The translations under genes and the position numbers were made by a program. DNA of 64,000 bases from Mustelus asterias. Taxonomy: Eukaryota. Every line of letters starts with the position of its first letter. Within the stretch, counting starts at the first letter, position 1. The stretch spans positions 35,154,001 through 35,218,000 of the forward strand of contig NC_135823.1 of assembly GCF_964213995.1 (NCBI RefSeq), in the 5' to 3' direction. The notes below the pieces were generated by a model, which worked only from the letters and a program-made list of their open reading frames with translations, did not search any database and was not told the origin of the DNA. Shown in pieces: positions 37,997 to 50,259 of the stretch.

Positions 37997-38121
37997 GGTA
38001 ATTGCTATGTGTGGAACCTGACAGGAGGAATTGGCGACGATGTCACTCAGCTCATTCCCAAAACTAAAATCCCAGCTCACAAACGCTACGCTCTCCGCTG
38101 CAAGTTCAGCCCTGATTCCAC
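37997..38121 (+). CDS. MLST8: MLST8 coding exon 6
   Basis: [41 protein letters not shown]; ctccag| and |gtaggt. Confidence 0.98.
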
Positions 38122-40443
38122 GTAGGTCCTTTCTTTTATGTGATGTACTAACCACTACCAAACTCTCACATTCACTTGTGATACTGACCAGTGAGGGGTG
38201 TCATAAGAAGATTGTCCAACTTGAGGCCGCTGCAAAGTACCTTGCCTGTGATCCAAAACATGACATATTTACAAATTAATCTGTAAAAGAGCATAGTCAA
38301 TTACCCTGCTTCCTGTGAAAGTGTGCTGTAGAACCAGTAAATCCACACATGGGCAGGTAATACAACGATAGAATGTATGTACAGTCAAGATTATTAGAGG
38401 CAAAATTAAGCAAAACTATTAGCAGACTTCACCAGATTATAGTAAAAGATGGATTCCTCATCAACTGTTTCAATACACATCTGAAAACTTTGTAATTTGC
38501 TTAATCCATCTATGCTGTTTCCTTTAAAGTATAGTCTGAGCATTGTACTGAATTGGTGGACTCTGTCTTACAATACTGGCTGTCAGTGTCTTGCTCCACT
38601 AGTTCAAGTACGAAGGCACCGATGCTTCTTATCCTTGTCCTTCAAACTTTGTGTAGGACTACCAGTGATGTTCCTGTGCTTGCCACATTGACACTGCACC
38701 TCCTCGTGCTTCTGCTAATCCTGGTCCTCCTCAGAGAAGGTGATTTTCCCGCTGACATTCCTCCCTTAGTCAATACCCTCAAAAACAGATCAGCAGGTCA
38801 TTCATCTCATAGAATCATTACAGAAGGAAGCTATGTGCCCTTTGAACATGCCTGTTCTCTATCCCGTTCTCCCTCTTTACCCTCATAACTCTAAGTTTAT
38901 TTCCCTCCAATACCTATCCAGTTTTATTTTGAAATCACTGATCACTTACAGCTGCCTCATTGGCAGAGAGTTCCAGGTCATTAGCATTTGATCCATAAAA
39001 TAAATACTTGCTTGCACTCTCCTGTGTATCTCTTGCTCAAAATGTTAAATTGATGTCCCCTAGTCCTTGTGCCTTTAGCTAAATGGAACAGCTTTTTTTT
39101 TTGTCTACCTTTAACCAAACCTGACATAATCTTGTATATATCTATTAGATCTCTTCTCAATCTCCTCTGTCCTATCCTAACCTTATAGCCACGGCATACT
39201 GGAACCATTCAGGCAAATCTTCTCTGCACCTTCCCAAGGATCTTCATATCTTTCCATGCTGTTGAAGGCATTGTTTATTTGCACATGGCTGCCAGGTTTT
39301 CTTACATAACATTTGCTACATTTTCAAAGTAAATAGTTATGTGTGGAGCACTTTAAAATGTTCCTGGAGATATGCTAACATGCCTTATAAGCACAAGTCT
39401 TTCCTCTATTTAAATTGTGAATTGTCATTGCAACGGCCAACTGAGAAAAAAGTAATCTTAATTTGGTACTAGAAGTAAAAGTATAACAATCTCAAAAAAG
39501 TACTTATTACTTGATTTGGCTGTAAAAACTTTTGCCCCACACTCTGTTTATAGAATTTATGAATATGTCAAGTACTTCTGCAGTGGGATTCCTAACTCCT
39601 GCATTAATTCAATGTGGTGTTAGCTCTGAATTTCTGCCTTAAAATGGATTACTAAACCCTTTGTGTGTGGGTTTGTGTGTGCCTGGGTTCATGTGTGCAT
39701 GCGTATATCGGTTATTTAAAATTGTTGATGCTTATTAGCCAAGTCAAAAACATTGCTCAAAATCCTGCTTTAATGTTTCACCTGGATGTGCACAAGACTC
39801 TATTGTAATAAAAGCTGGTGATAGATCTGCGGTGACAGATGGCAGAATAAGGTATTGAGGTGTACAGCTGCTACCTCCCACTATAGATAGTTGGTGTGTA
39901 TTCATCAGTTAGCAGTGCTTAATGCTGCTTGTAGTTTCTTTATCCTCAATCCTTTGCAGTGACTGTTTTTCTAATGAGAGCTATTGCGCCTCCATTGCTT
40001 CTGCTGCTGATTTAAATGTCCCCCCCCCCTCCCAAAAGTTTTGTTCAGTTTTCTAACTGAACACTGGCTGAACATGGGGCAAATGACCAAATGGACCTGG
40101 AAGTGTACAGGCCATTGAAAGGAGACCTTATCGGAGACAAATTAGCTATGTTGAGAATTACCTTTCTGATGAACATATCACCAACATCAAAAGCATCTGA
40201 GTATGTCAGGAAGGCTAAGGCTAATGAAGCCTCACATGTATTTTAGAACAATGCTTCTTTAGCTACCCCAATATTGTGTATTATGGGTTGATTCCACTTC
40301 AAAACACTGTTAACGGTGTGCTTTATAACTATCTTGCTTGAAATCATCATTATACATATCCTAGAGCACTTGCACATTAATTGGCCCTGTTAATATGAAT
40401 CGTATTGCAGTGCCACTATTAGCGTTGTTATCTTTCCTGACAG

Positions 40444-40607
40444 ACTTCTTGCTACATGCTCAGCTGACCAAACCTGTAAAATATGGAGGACTTCAAACTT
40501 CTCCCTGATGACAGAGCTTAGCATCAAGAGCAACAATCCAGGAGAGACGTCACGGGGCTGGATGTGGGACTGTGCATTCTCTGGGGATTCACAATATATT
40601 GTCACAG
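40444..40607 (+). CDS. MLST8: MLST8 coding exon 7
   Basis: [54 protein letters not shown]; tgacag| and |gtaaga. Confidence 0.98.
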
Positions 40608-40879
40608 GTAAGAAGACTACTGTAAAAATAAGCTGGTTCCATTTTAGCATTGTTTACACTGGTGCCGAGCAGGTTTCATGAAGATCGATGCTGAGACACG
40701 ATTGAGTTCCTGGAAGAATTTGGATCTCTGAATAGCCTCATTGATTCCTTACTTTATATCGTGATGCCAAAGTAAAGTCTCACAGGCTAACAATGGAAAT
40801 GATATGTGGCAGACCACTTTGGAAATGTGCTGGGTTTGGAATAAAACTGAAGACTTTGCATACTTTGCTTTGTAAGTTG

Positions 40880-41300
40880 AGCTTTGGCTCAGTGGCCCTA
40901 AATCTAATGTCACGAGGTCAAGTCCCACTCCAGGATTTGAGCACATAATCTAAACTGACACTCCAGAATAATAGAGAGTACTATGTTGTTGGAGCTGCTG
41001 GCTTTAGAAAGAGATGTTAAACTGAAGCCCCAATTTATCTGTTGGATGGATGTAAAATATTCAATGGTATATTTTGAAAACTTGCAGGGAAATTCTCCTC
41101 GCCAACTATTTATCCCTCGACCAACATCACTGAAACATACAGATTGGTGATGTATCTCAAAGCTATTTGTGGGACCTCCTGAAAGGAAATTGGCTGCTTC
41201 TAGTTAAACAATGATTACACTTCAAATGTACTTGATTAGCTGTAAAAAGCATCGGAACATGCCATGGTTGTGAGAAATGCTAAATAAATGCAGATTCTTT
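40880..41300 (+). mobile_element. Old tRNA-headed SINE with L2-type tail (related copies ~26190-26620, ~45065-45490)
   Basis: tggctcagtgg...tcaagtcccactccag head and aaatgctaaataaatgcag tail recur in several diverged copies. Confidence 0.6.
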
Positions 41301-41502
41301 CTTCTAAAAGCACATTAGCCTGACACAACCATTCAGATAGTGCTGATTTTATCCACTAAGTGAGGCTGCTTGTGAGGGTTTTACAATTGAATTAGCTCAA
41401 GCCATTTCTAAAGTGCGTTAAGATGATTTTAATCCATAAATCTAAATATGGCCGATAGGTATTCTTTGCGTACTGAAAGGTAACATTCTTCTTTCCATTC
41501 AG

Positions 41503-41621
41503 CCTCTTCGGATAACCTTGCACGGTTGTGGTGTGTGGAGACTGGTGAAATTAAACGGGAGTACAGTGGCCATCAGAAAGCAGTAGTCTGCCTAGCCTTC
41601 AATGATAGTGTGCTGGGCTGA
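41503..41621 (+). CDS. MLST8: MLST8 coding exon 8 (stop)
   Basis: [38 protein letters not shown], then TGA at 41619-41621. Confidence 0.98.
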
Positions 41622-42388
41622 AGATTTCCATGGGATGCTTGCCTTCTCCCCTCTTTTATTCTTCCATCGCTCTCTTCACCGCTGTTCCTTTTCCAGTTCC
41701 ATGTTGTTGTTGAAACAGCTCCCAGCCAGATTAGTATTTTGGAAGTCTCTGAAAAGACAAAATCAGTCCGAGCTGCTGAGGACTGGAACATTTCTGCATG
41801 CACCTTTGGCAGGCTTGACTATGACGTGACCTGTGAAGTGGTAATGGCCCAGTAAACTTCAGTTCTCACACCAAGATTTCAGCAAAGCACAGAGCTGAGT
41901 GATATTTTCATATCGTGTCCACCTGAACTGTGAAAAGAAATGCCCAGCAACACAATTCTAGATACTGTGCTTCCAAATTTGGACCATCTGAAGCATACCG
42001 TAAGCTTTCTAATACTGGGATGAGGTATTGGTAAGTACAGGTTTATTGCTGGTAGTGATGATGTGAGTGTTTTGAGGGTATAAATTAAGGATATCTTGCA
42101 TAGTGTGAAGTGTAAGCTCCCTGATGTTATTTTTCCTGCTATGTACAAGTACTGATCCAGGAGAGAAGCTAATTAATAACACTAGAATTCAAATTTGTGC
42201 TGGTTTATTTTTACTCCTACAATGGAAGTCGTTTGATCTGCAGCAAGTGAACATATTTATGCCAGTGACACAACCACCTCACAAATTGCACAGAGAGAGA
42301 ATTTGGACCTGTGATTTTACCATGCAGTTCGTGAGCACCTGAATCATCAAACTGCTGCTACGGAGGAAAATCATTAACATTGCACACA

Positions 42389-42394
42389 AATAAA
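42389..42394 (+). terminator. Candidate MLST8 polyadenylation signal
   Basis: AATAAA ~770 nt after the stop with a downstream U/GU-rich tract (ctttcattttttttgtg). Confidence 0.55.
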
Positions 42395-43054
42395 AATTAT
42401 TTCTATACCCGAATGGATGCTGCTTTCATTTTTTTGTGCAAGGGGGTTTTACAAGATTCTATTATTAAGCTGCCATCTTTGGGCTGCCCTATAGAGTCAA
42501 AAGGCACTATATAAATGCAAGTCTTTTTTTTCTCTCTTGTCTCTAAATAGCTGGTGTCATTTTAGAACTAGCTAGTGTCTCTGAAATATATACAAAAGCA
42601 AAAAATGTGGATACTTAATCTGAAATAAAAACAAAATACTGGAAATACTCAGCGGTCAGGCAGCATCTATGGAGAGAGACAGAATTAAAGTTTTGAGTTG
42701 ATGACCTTTCACCAATTGTTTGGATCTGAGATCTGCCCACCTAAACAGATAGGGTGCCATAGAGCATGTGGACCCTGATAAACTGTACAAGGCATTTCTT
42801 CCCTTCCAGTTCAGACTTCTTTGGATTGAATATTATAATTGAGTTCAGGTTAAGGAGAGCCTTTCTAATCAATGCCAGAGCAAATGTGCAAAACAGGTGG
42901 AATTCATTTCAGCCTGTTATTGAATTTGCTACAGATCATCCGTTCCTCCCTCCAAACATTTTTATTTTTAATGCTGCTGTGACCTTTTCAGCCTTCCAAT
43001 TTGATTTGATTCCACGTAGCGAGAGTCCCAGTCTAGCCACACACTCCCCTGCCG

Positions 43055-44960
43055 ATTATGGCAAGATCTGCCAGACATAATAGGCTACGAGATGAAGGCA
43101 TGTAAAATCGCCGGCTCCAACGCACCCCTCCCTGATGAGCTTAATGCATTTTACGCCCGTTTTGAGCAAGAGGTCAGCGAGAGCATGCCCTCCACCCTGG
43201 AAGCCTCGGATGAACCTGTATCTGAGGCCACTGTTGCAGATGTCAGAGCAGCTTTCTCGAAGGTCAACCCACGGAAAGTGACTGGGTACCTGGACGAGCA
43301 CTCAGATCCTGCACGGATCAGCTGGCGTGGGTATTCGCAGACATCTTCATCTCTTTACAACAATCTGAGGTCCCTATCTGCTTCAGGAAGACGACCATCA
43401 TCCCAGTACCAAAGAAAAGCCAAGTAGCATGCCTTAATGACTATCGTCCTGTGGATCTGACATCCATCATCATGAAGTGCTTCGAAAGGTTAGTCATGGC
43501 ACAAAACAGTTCCAGCCTCCCGGACTGCCTGGATCCGCAACAGTTGGCCTACTGCCGCAACACATTCACAGCAGACTTCATCTCCCTGGCCCTGCACTCA
43601 GCCTCAGAACACCCAGATAACAAAGATACCTATGTCAGGCTTCTATTTATTGACTACAGCTCAGCCTTCAACACCATTATTCCCATTAAACTCATTTCCA
43701 AATTCCATGGCGTGGGCCTCGGCACCTCCCTCTGCGACTGGATCCTGAACTTCCTAACTCTCAGACCACAATCAGCAAGGAGAGGCAACAACACATCCTC
43801 CACGATCATCCTCCACACCGATGCCCCACAAGGCTGTGTTCTCAGCCTCCGACTATACTCCTTATACACCTATGACTGTGTGGCCAAATTCCTCTCCAAC
43901 TCTATTTTCAAGTTTGCTGATGACACCACTGTAGTGGGTCGGATCTCAAACAATGACGAGACAGAGTACAGGAATAAGCTAGAGAATCTGGTGAATTGGT
44001 GTGGTGACAATAATCTCTCCCTCAATGTCAACAAAACAAAGGAGATTGTCATCGACTTCAGGAAGTGTAGAGGAGAACATGCCCCTATCTACATCAACGG
44101 GGCCGAAGTAGAAATGGTCGAGAGCTTCAAGTTTTTCTGTGTCCAGATCTCCAACAACCTGTCCTGGTCCCCCCCATGCCAACACTGTAGTTAAGAAAGC
44201 CCACCAATGCCTCTACTTTCTCAGAAGACTAAGGAAATTTGGCATGTCTGCTACGACTCTCATCAACTTTTACAGATGCACCATAGAACGCATTCTTTCT
44301 GGTTGTATCACAGCTTGGTATGGCTCCAGAGTGGTGAATCTGTGGAACTCTTTGCTGCAGAAGGCTGTGGAGGCCAGGTCATTGAGTGTCTTTAAGACAG
44401 AGATATAGGTTCTCGATTGATGAGGAGATCAGGGGTTATGAGGAAAAGGCAGGAGAATGGGGATGAGAAAAAAAAATCAGCCATGATTGAATGGTGGAGC
44501 AGACTCGATGGGCCGAGTGGCCTAATTCTGCTCCTATGTCTTATGGTCCTATGCTCTGCCCAAGATCGCAATAAACTACAAAAGGTCATGAATGCAGCCC
44601 AATCCATCACGCAAACCAGCCTCCCATCCATTGACTCTGTCTAAACTTCCTGCTGCCTCGGCAAAGCAGCCAGCATAATTAAGGACCCCGTGCACCCCGG
44701 ACATACTCTCTTCCACCTTCTTCCGTCAGGAAAAAGATACAAAAGTCTGGGGTCACGTACCAACCGACTCAAGAACAGTTTCTTCCCTGCTGCCTGACTT
44801 TTGAATGGACCTACCTTGCATTAAGTTGATCTTTCTCTACACCCTAGCTATGACTGTAACACTACATTCTGCACTCTCTCCTTTCCTTCTCTATGCTTTG
44901 TCTGTAAGCAAGAAACAATATTTTTCACTGTATGTTAATACATGTGACAAATCAAATCCG
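43055..44960 (+). mobile_element. Rex1/Babar-type LINE (RT to 3' end), frameshifted, with a CR1 tail inserted at ~44327-44547
   Basis: ORF 43451-44194 has [12 protein letters not shown]...APQGCVLS...[12 protein letters not shown] motifs; ends in aaatcaaatc. Confidence 0.9.
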
Positions 44961-46129
44961 TTACACTCTACATTGAGTATTTTCTCTCTATATGCATCAC
45001 ATACAATTGTGCAGCAGCTCTGTTTGCACTTTGCATTAAGTGACATCCCTCTGTCTATATGTCTTAGTTGTCAGCTGAGGCTCAGTGCTAGAACTCACCT
45101 CTGCATCAGAAGATAATGGGTTCAAGCTCTACAAAGACTTGAGCATGTCATTTAAATTGGCACTTAAATGCAGCAGAGTGGGCTTTCTTTTAGATGAGAT
45201 GCTAACTTGGTCGTGTCTACCCTCTCAAGTGAACATAAAAAATCTATGTACTATTCAAAGAGTAGGGGAGTTCTTCCAATATCCTGGCCAATATTGACCC
45301 ATTAACCAGGATTATTCAAACAGATTATCTGGTCCTATTACATTTCTGTTTGTGGAAACTTACCGTGTGTAAATTTAATGCTGTGTTTCTTGTGTTACAA
45401 TAGTGACTATACCTCAAAAGTACTTTGGCTATTACACACTTTGGGACACCCTGAGATCACGAAAGGCACTGAAGAAATGCAAGTTATTTCTTACATCTCA
45501 CTCTTTTTGTGCACATCACTGCATTAATTGACCTGTTTCTCTCCTATCATTACTCCGTTTGTATCTTGCAACAAGTGGCTTCCTTCTTTCTTCCCACTAC
45601 CCTGTTCTGGGGAATGGGTGTACTGTAGTTTTGAAGTAGTGTTGAGTAATGTGATTCAATGTTTGATGTTAGAGATTACGATAGACGTTTATCCATGTTG
45701 ACTTGATCAGTTTTATTGTTGCTTTGAAAAGCTCAAAAACAGATATGTGGATGGTATACATCTCAGTAACACAAACCAGGAAACTGCAAAAAGCAATGGT
45801 AAAGAAACTAGTCTTTTGATGCCATTGTAAGATCTTGAATTTTGGTAATTTTACACATTAATAAAAATGAAAGATTTTAATTAGGAAATAGAAAAACAAC
45901 ATGACTTTTTTAAACAGACCATCAAAAATAACTTCACTCCCCTTCCTTTTCCTCTTTGCGTAGGTTGCAGCTTGTCCTTGCATTGAAGTTCATTAACCAA
46001 TTGCTAAAGTACTGAATAAGAATGTCAGTAAAGGAAAGACTAAGGATTGTATGTTAAATTCTGTTAACAAACTGGCTATGTTCTGTCATCGTTAAGACTA
46101 ACATGAAGAAAAGGTGCAACAAGGGGCGT

Positions 46130-46258
<129 letters not shown>

Positions 46259-46689
46259 TCAGCAGCCAGATGGAATTCAGCCATTTGGATCACTAGCATG
46301 CATTTAATTACTGACTGAATTCAAAAGCACAGCTGCACCCTCTGAGCTGTTCGTGGGCCAGAGTGCTGTGAGGTCATGGCACCATATCATAAAGTTTATG
46401 AGTGTAACAAGCTCCCCTGAGTGGATCTTGTGCAAGTTGCAGGTAGAAATGCATCACTTGTGAAACCACAGAGTCTTGCAGTAAACATTCTGTATTGTAT
46501 TCTTACAGAATGCCTAAGAATCCTAGCAATAGGGTTTATTGTAAAGCTGAGGAAGGAAAATTATACATCTCGCTTTCTGAATTCTGTCAGATATAAATGA
46601 AATGAGTGAAAGGACGTTATTCCTGACCTGAGACTTGCTGTTTAAAAAATAACATTGTTCCATAGTTGTTTTTTAAGTGCAGTACTTAC

Positions 46690-46843
46690 TGTTACTTTTC
46701 TGGAGCCAGTAAACAGGGGTTTGATTGCAGAGACTGTCAATGTGCTGGCCCAGAGTCAGTGGATCCACTTTCTTTCTACTCAGGATTCCGAGATACTCCC
46801 TGGAGAACTGGGTTTCATTTCTCAGCAGCAAAAGCTGGTTGAA
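46690..46843 (-). CDS. BRICD5: BRICD5 coding exon 5
   Basis: FNQLLLLRNETQFSREYLGILSRKKVDPLTLGQHIDSLCNQTPVYWLQKSN (second BRICHOS Cys, C..TP.YW); ttttag| and |gtaagt. Confidence 0.94.
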
Positions 46844-47260
46844 CTAAAATAAGCAATGTTTTCTCTTTATGACTCTTTCCAAACAATAAATTTGATACTT
46901 ATACTCCGTACATCCTGAATTCATGTCCTTGTTTTCAAATCCCTCCATGGCTTTGTCTTTTCCTATCTCTCTAATCTCTTGCTGCCTCACAGCCCTCTGA
47001 GTTATGTGTGCTCCTCTATGCTTGTGCATTTACAATAGTAATTGCTCCACCATCATGTCTTCAGTTGGCTTATGCTCCAGGCTCTGAAATTCTCTCCATA
47101 CACCTCTCCAGCTCATTTCCTCCTTTAGGACACTCCTTAAAATCAACCTCATGAACCAAATGTTTGGTGTTCCGATCTAATATCTCCTTACAAGAACAGA
47201 TAGTGCTGGAAAAACTCAGCAGGTCAAGTAACATCAGTAGGAAGAGAAAAGAGAGCTACT

Positions 47261-47396
47261 GGCTGGAGTTCTCTGGTCATTCACGCCCCACTGGCGCTAC
47301 AAGTGATGATGGAGAATTTGGCACTTGGCCAAATACCCGTTCACTGAAGCGGGACCAGAGAATCCCGCTGGTGTGAACGGCCAGAGAATTCTGGCC
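47261..47396. mobile_element. MITE with imperfect terminal inverted repeats (similar small elements ~53696-53822 and ~58052-58168)
   Basis: ggctggagttctctggtcattcac ... gtgaacggccagagaattctggcc; interrupts a Penelope-derived repeat. Confidence 0.7.
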
Positions 47397-49189
47397 AATG
47401 TTTCAAGTTCATCTGACTCTTCTCCAGAACTAAAGAGAGGGAGAAATGTTAAATTGAGAGATTGTAACAATATATAGCGACCTTACGAACGTGAGATGTC
47501 CTGGTGTGTGTTTGGGGGGGGGGGGGGGGGGTGATTGCATTCAGAAAAATGTATGAGTTATTTTTAAAAATGGATTTAAGATGGAGGAGAAAGGGAGATA
47601 ATAATTTAAGACTGTGACCTATTTGGATTGGTATCTTATAATCTCCTGTGTTGCCTTTATCAAATGTGCTTTGTAAATATATATTGTTGTTATTTAAATG
47701 TTATTCACCCATCACCCCATACCTTCACAAACCTTCACTGGTTCCTTGCCCTCCCATGTATTGATTTTAAAATCTCTCCACAACTTCACCTTTCCATTTC
47801 TTCAATGTCACCCCACCAAACAATTGTCTTATCTGGCATCTCTGTTCTTGGTCTCTGAACTGTTTTGTATTAACCATGATGTCCATGCCCTCGCCCCCAG
47901 TTCACCTTGGTCAGATGAGCCTTCATCCTCCATATCCCCAGAATATGGAGTTCCTTTCATAACTCTCTAAGCAAAACCCATTGTTCTAGCAGACTAAATA
48001 TACCATTGAAGCTCAACCTGTCGCTAATTCACTCCCCATTGAATCCCATGTATCCAGTACATCGTGTTTTACTTAGAAAAATATTGCTTGTTTATCAACA
48101 TTCATTCAAGTTCATCCCTACTGCCTGTCAACTCTCAGTTCATCTCTCAGTTTGGGTTCAATAACGTCAAAGTCTTTGCTTCTCATCTTACTTGGTAGAT
48201 TATTGCAAACATTTCTTACTATTTGAGTGGGAAAAATGCTCCTGTCTTTATGGTGAGTTTGGAGGCTATAAGTGAGAGAGCAATAGAGAAACACCAAAGT
48301 GAGAGCAGAGCCCACAGATCTAAATGCTTGGCCCCTTCTTATTATGAGAGAATTGAGAAATTTGAATTGTTTAAACAAGAGGAGATCTAATAAAAATGTT
48401 TAAAATCTTGAAGGGATTTGATAGTGTGCTTATTTCCTCTAACTGGGGAGTCAGTAAGGGGGTTATTAATTTAAAGTTATCCCTTAAAGAAATGAGGAGA
48501 TGTTAGGAGACATTCCATTATATCTTTAAAAGGAAAACTGAATAAATATTTAGAAGCACTGGAAGGTTAAAACATCTGTAGGATAGGACTAGAGGAACGT
48601 GTATTGAGAGAGCATTGAAAATTGAGGACTATGTCTGCTAAGGAAAGTAACTAATCAGATAAAAATATGGGATGTAAAGTCGGCAAAGCTGAAACCTGAG
48701 AGTTTAAAAACAAACTCCAGGGCATTTAAAAGGAATTTAGATAAGTACATGAGGGAGAAAGTAGTGGGGAGAGGATAGGATTTAACCAAGTAGTGGGGGG
48801 ATGATGATCTTATGTAGCATAAAAACTGCTGAAGACCAGTTGGGCTGAATGGCCTGTTCCATTCTACAAATACTATGTAATTTAAGACATATCTCAACTT
48901 CCACAATTTCGATTTTACTTCCTGATCTTGCCTGCTCCAACCATTATCCTCTTGCACAAGTGCCAGGCCAGACTTCTCTAATGCACAACTTCCTCTTGTT
49001 TGAGGCAACAAACTGAGACTATAACAGACATGGTCATTAGAGAAAGGAGTCCCAACACATAGTCTGGGAGAAACGCTTAAGTTGTTTTATATAGAAGAAA
49101 AAGCAATTCCCATAAGATGCATGATCACAAAGACTGCATGTATGGCTGTCCTTTTTAACAGCAAAGCTCCTTTATAAATGAGTGACAAA

Positions 49190-49556
49190 CATGCCATTAG
49201 GTAAATTAATTGCTGAGAGCAGTTATGAGCCATACAGAACAGAAGGTCTGATTTCTTATTAGTGTTGAGTTAATTGAGCTTAGCCAAGAGAATGGATGTG
49301 GCACAATTGGCTTCAGCAACATTGGATTAGGCTGGCTGAAAATCAGCCTGGGTTTCACGTTCTGATTACTGTACACTGGTCCCTGGAAAGTGGATATCGG
49401 GCAATGCTTTGATCTCTCACACTGTGACTCCTCACCACAGTTGACCAGTTCACTTTATGAGCTCACACATGACGAATAGCTGCTTGGGCGAGGTTACTGG
49501 AGCCTGTGGAACTGTATTTCAGTCATAGTCAGTGCCACCAGGAAAGGAAGGGTGAA
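49190..49556 (+). mobile_element. Deu-domain SINE (AmnSINE1/SacSINE1-like), ancient
   Basis: acaattggcttcagc, aaaatcagcctgggtt, gctcacacatgacgaatagctgcttgggcgaggt and agtcagtgccaccaggaaaggaaggg follow the recalled Deu-domain consensus in order. Confidence 0.75.
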
Positions 49557-50259
49557 CCTTTTGTAGCCTCTACAGATTCAAACTAAATTTCGCTTAAATC
49601 TAGTTCTCAATGACGAGTTCCTTGATTGGAATTGACTTGAAGATGTGAGCTGAGATGATATTTCAGCACAGCATTCCACATTAATGCTACAAGTTTTACA
49701 GCGAGAGTGGAACAAAGTAGGCTTTGTGTTAAATCAATGGCTGCTCATCATGGGATGCATTTCATTCTGGACAACAGCACCCTGTCAAAATACACAGGGT
49801 GAACTCTGCTTGTTGGGTGGAACAGCTTGTGTGAATGTGCTAATACCCATGTAAAATATCACTGCCAGTAACAGTTTAGAATTTTTAATGAATTCAGTGT
49901 CCTGATCCAATGAGAATATTAATGTATTTCTTAATTAGTCATGATCCTATTTAATACAAGAATTGCCTTTGAATATTTGTAAATACGCTGCAACTGCCTA
50001 GCCTGTGTTAATCCTGGTGTGCTGCAGATGGCCAAATAGAAACCCCCATGAGCCCACTCCGTTTGACTTCAAACATTGGATTTTAAGAACGTTATTGGCT
50101 GTTATTGAGTTACTTACACTTCCTGCCAGTGCATGCAAATTAAATACAGTAAATATCACTGGGATTCTAGCAAGCCAGAAGGCTACGGGACAGCGTTTCT
50201 GCTTCAAAATAATCTTCACTGTAACTGCCTTACACTAATAATTTAAGAGTTTGAATTTC

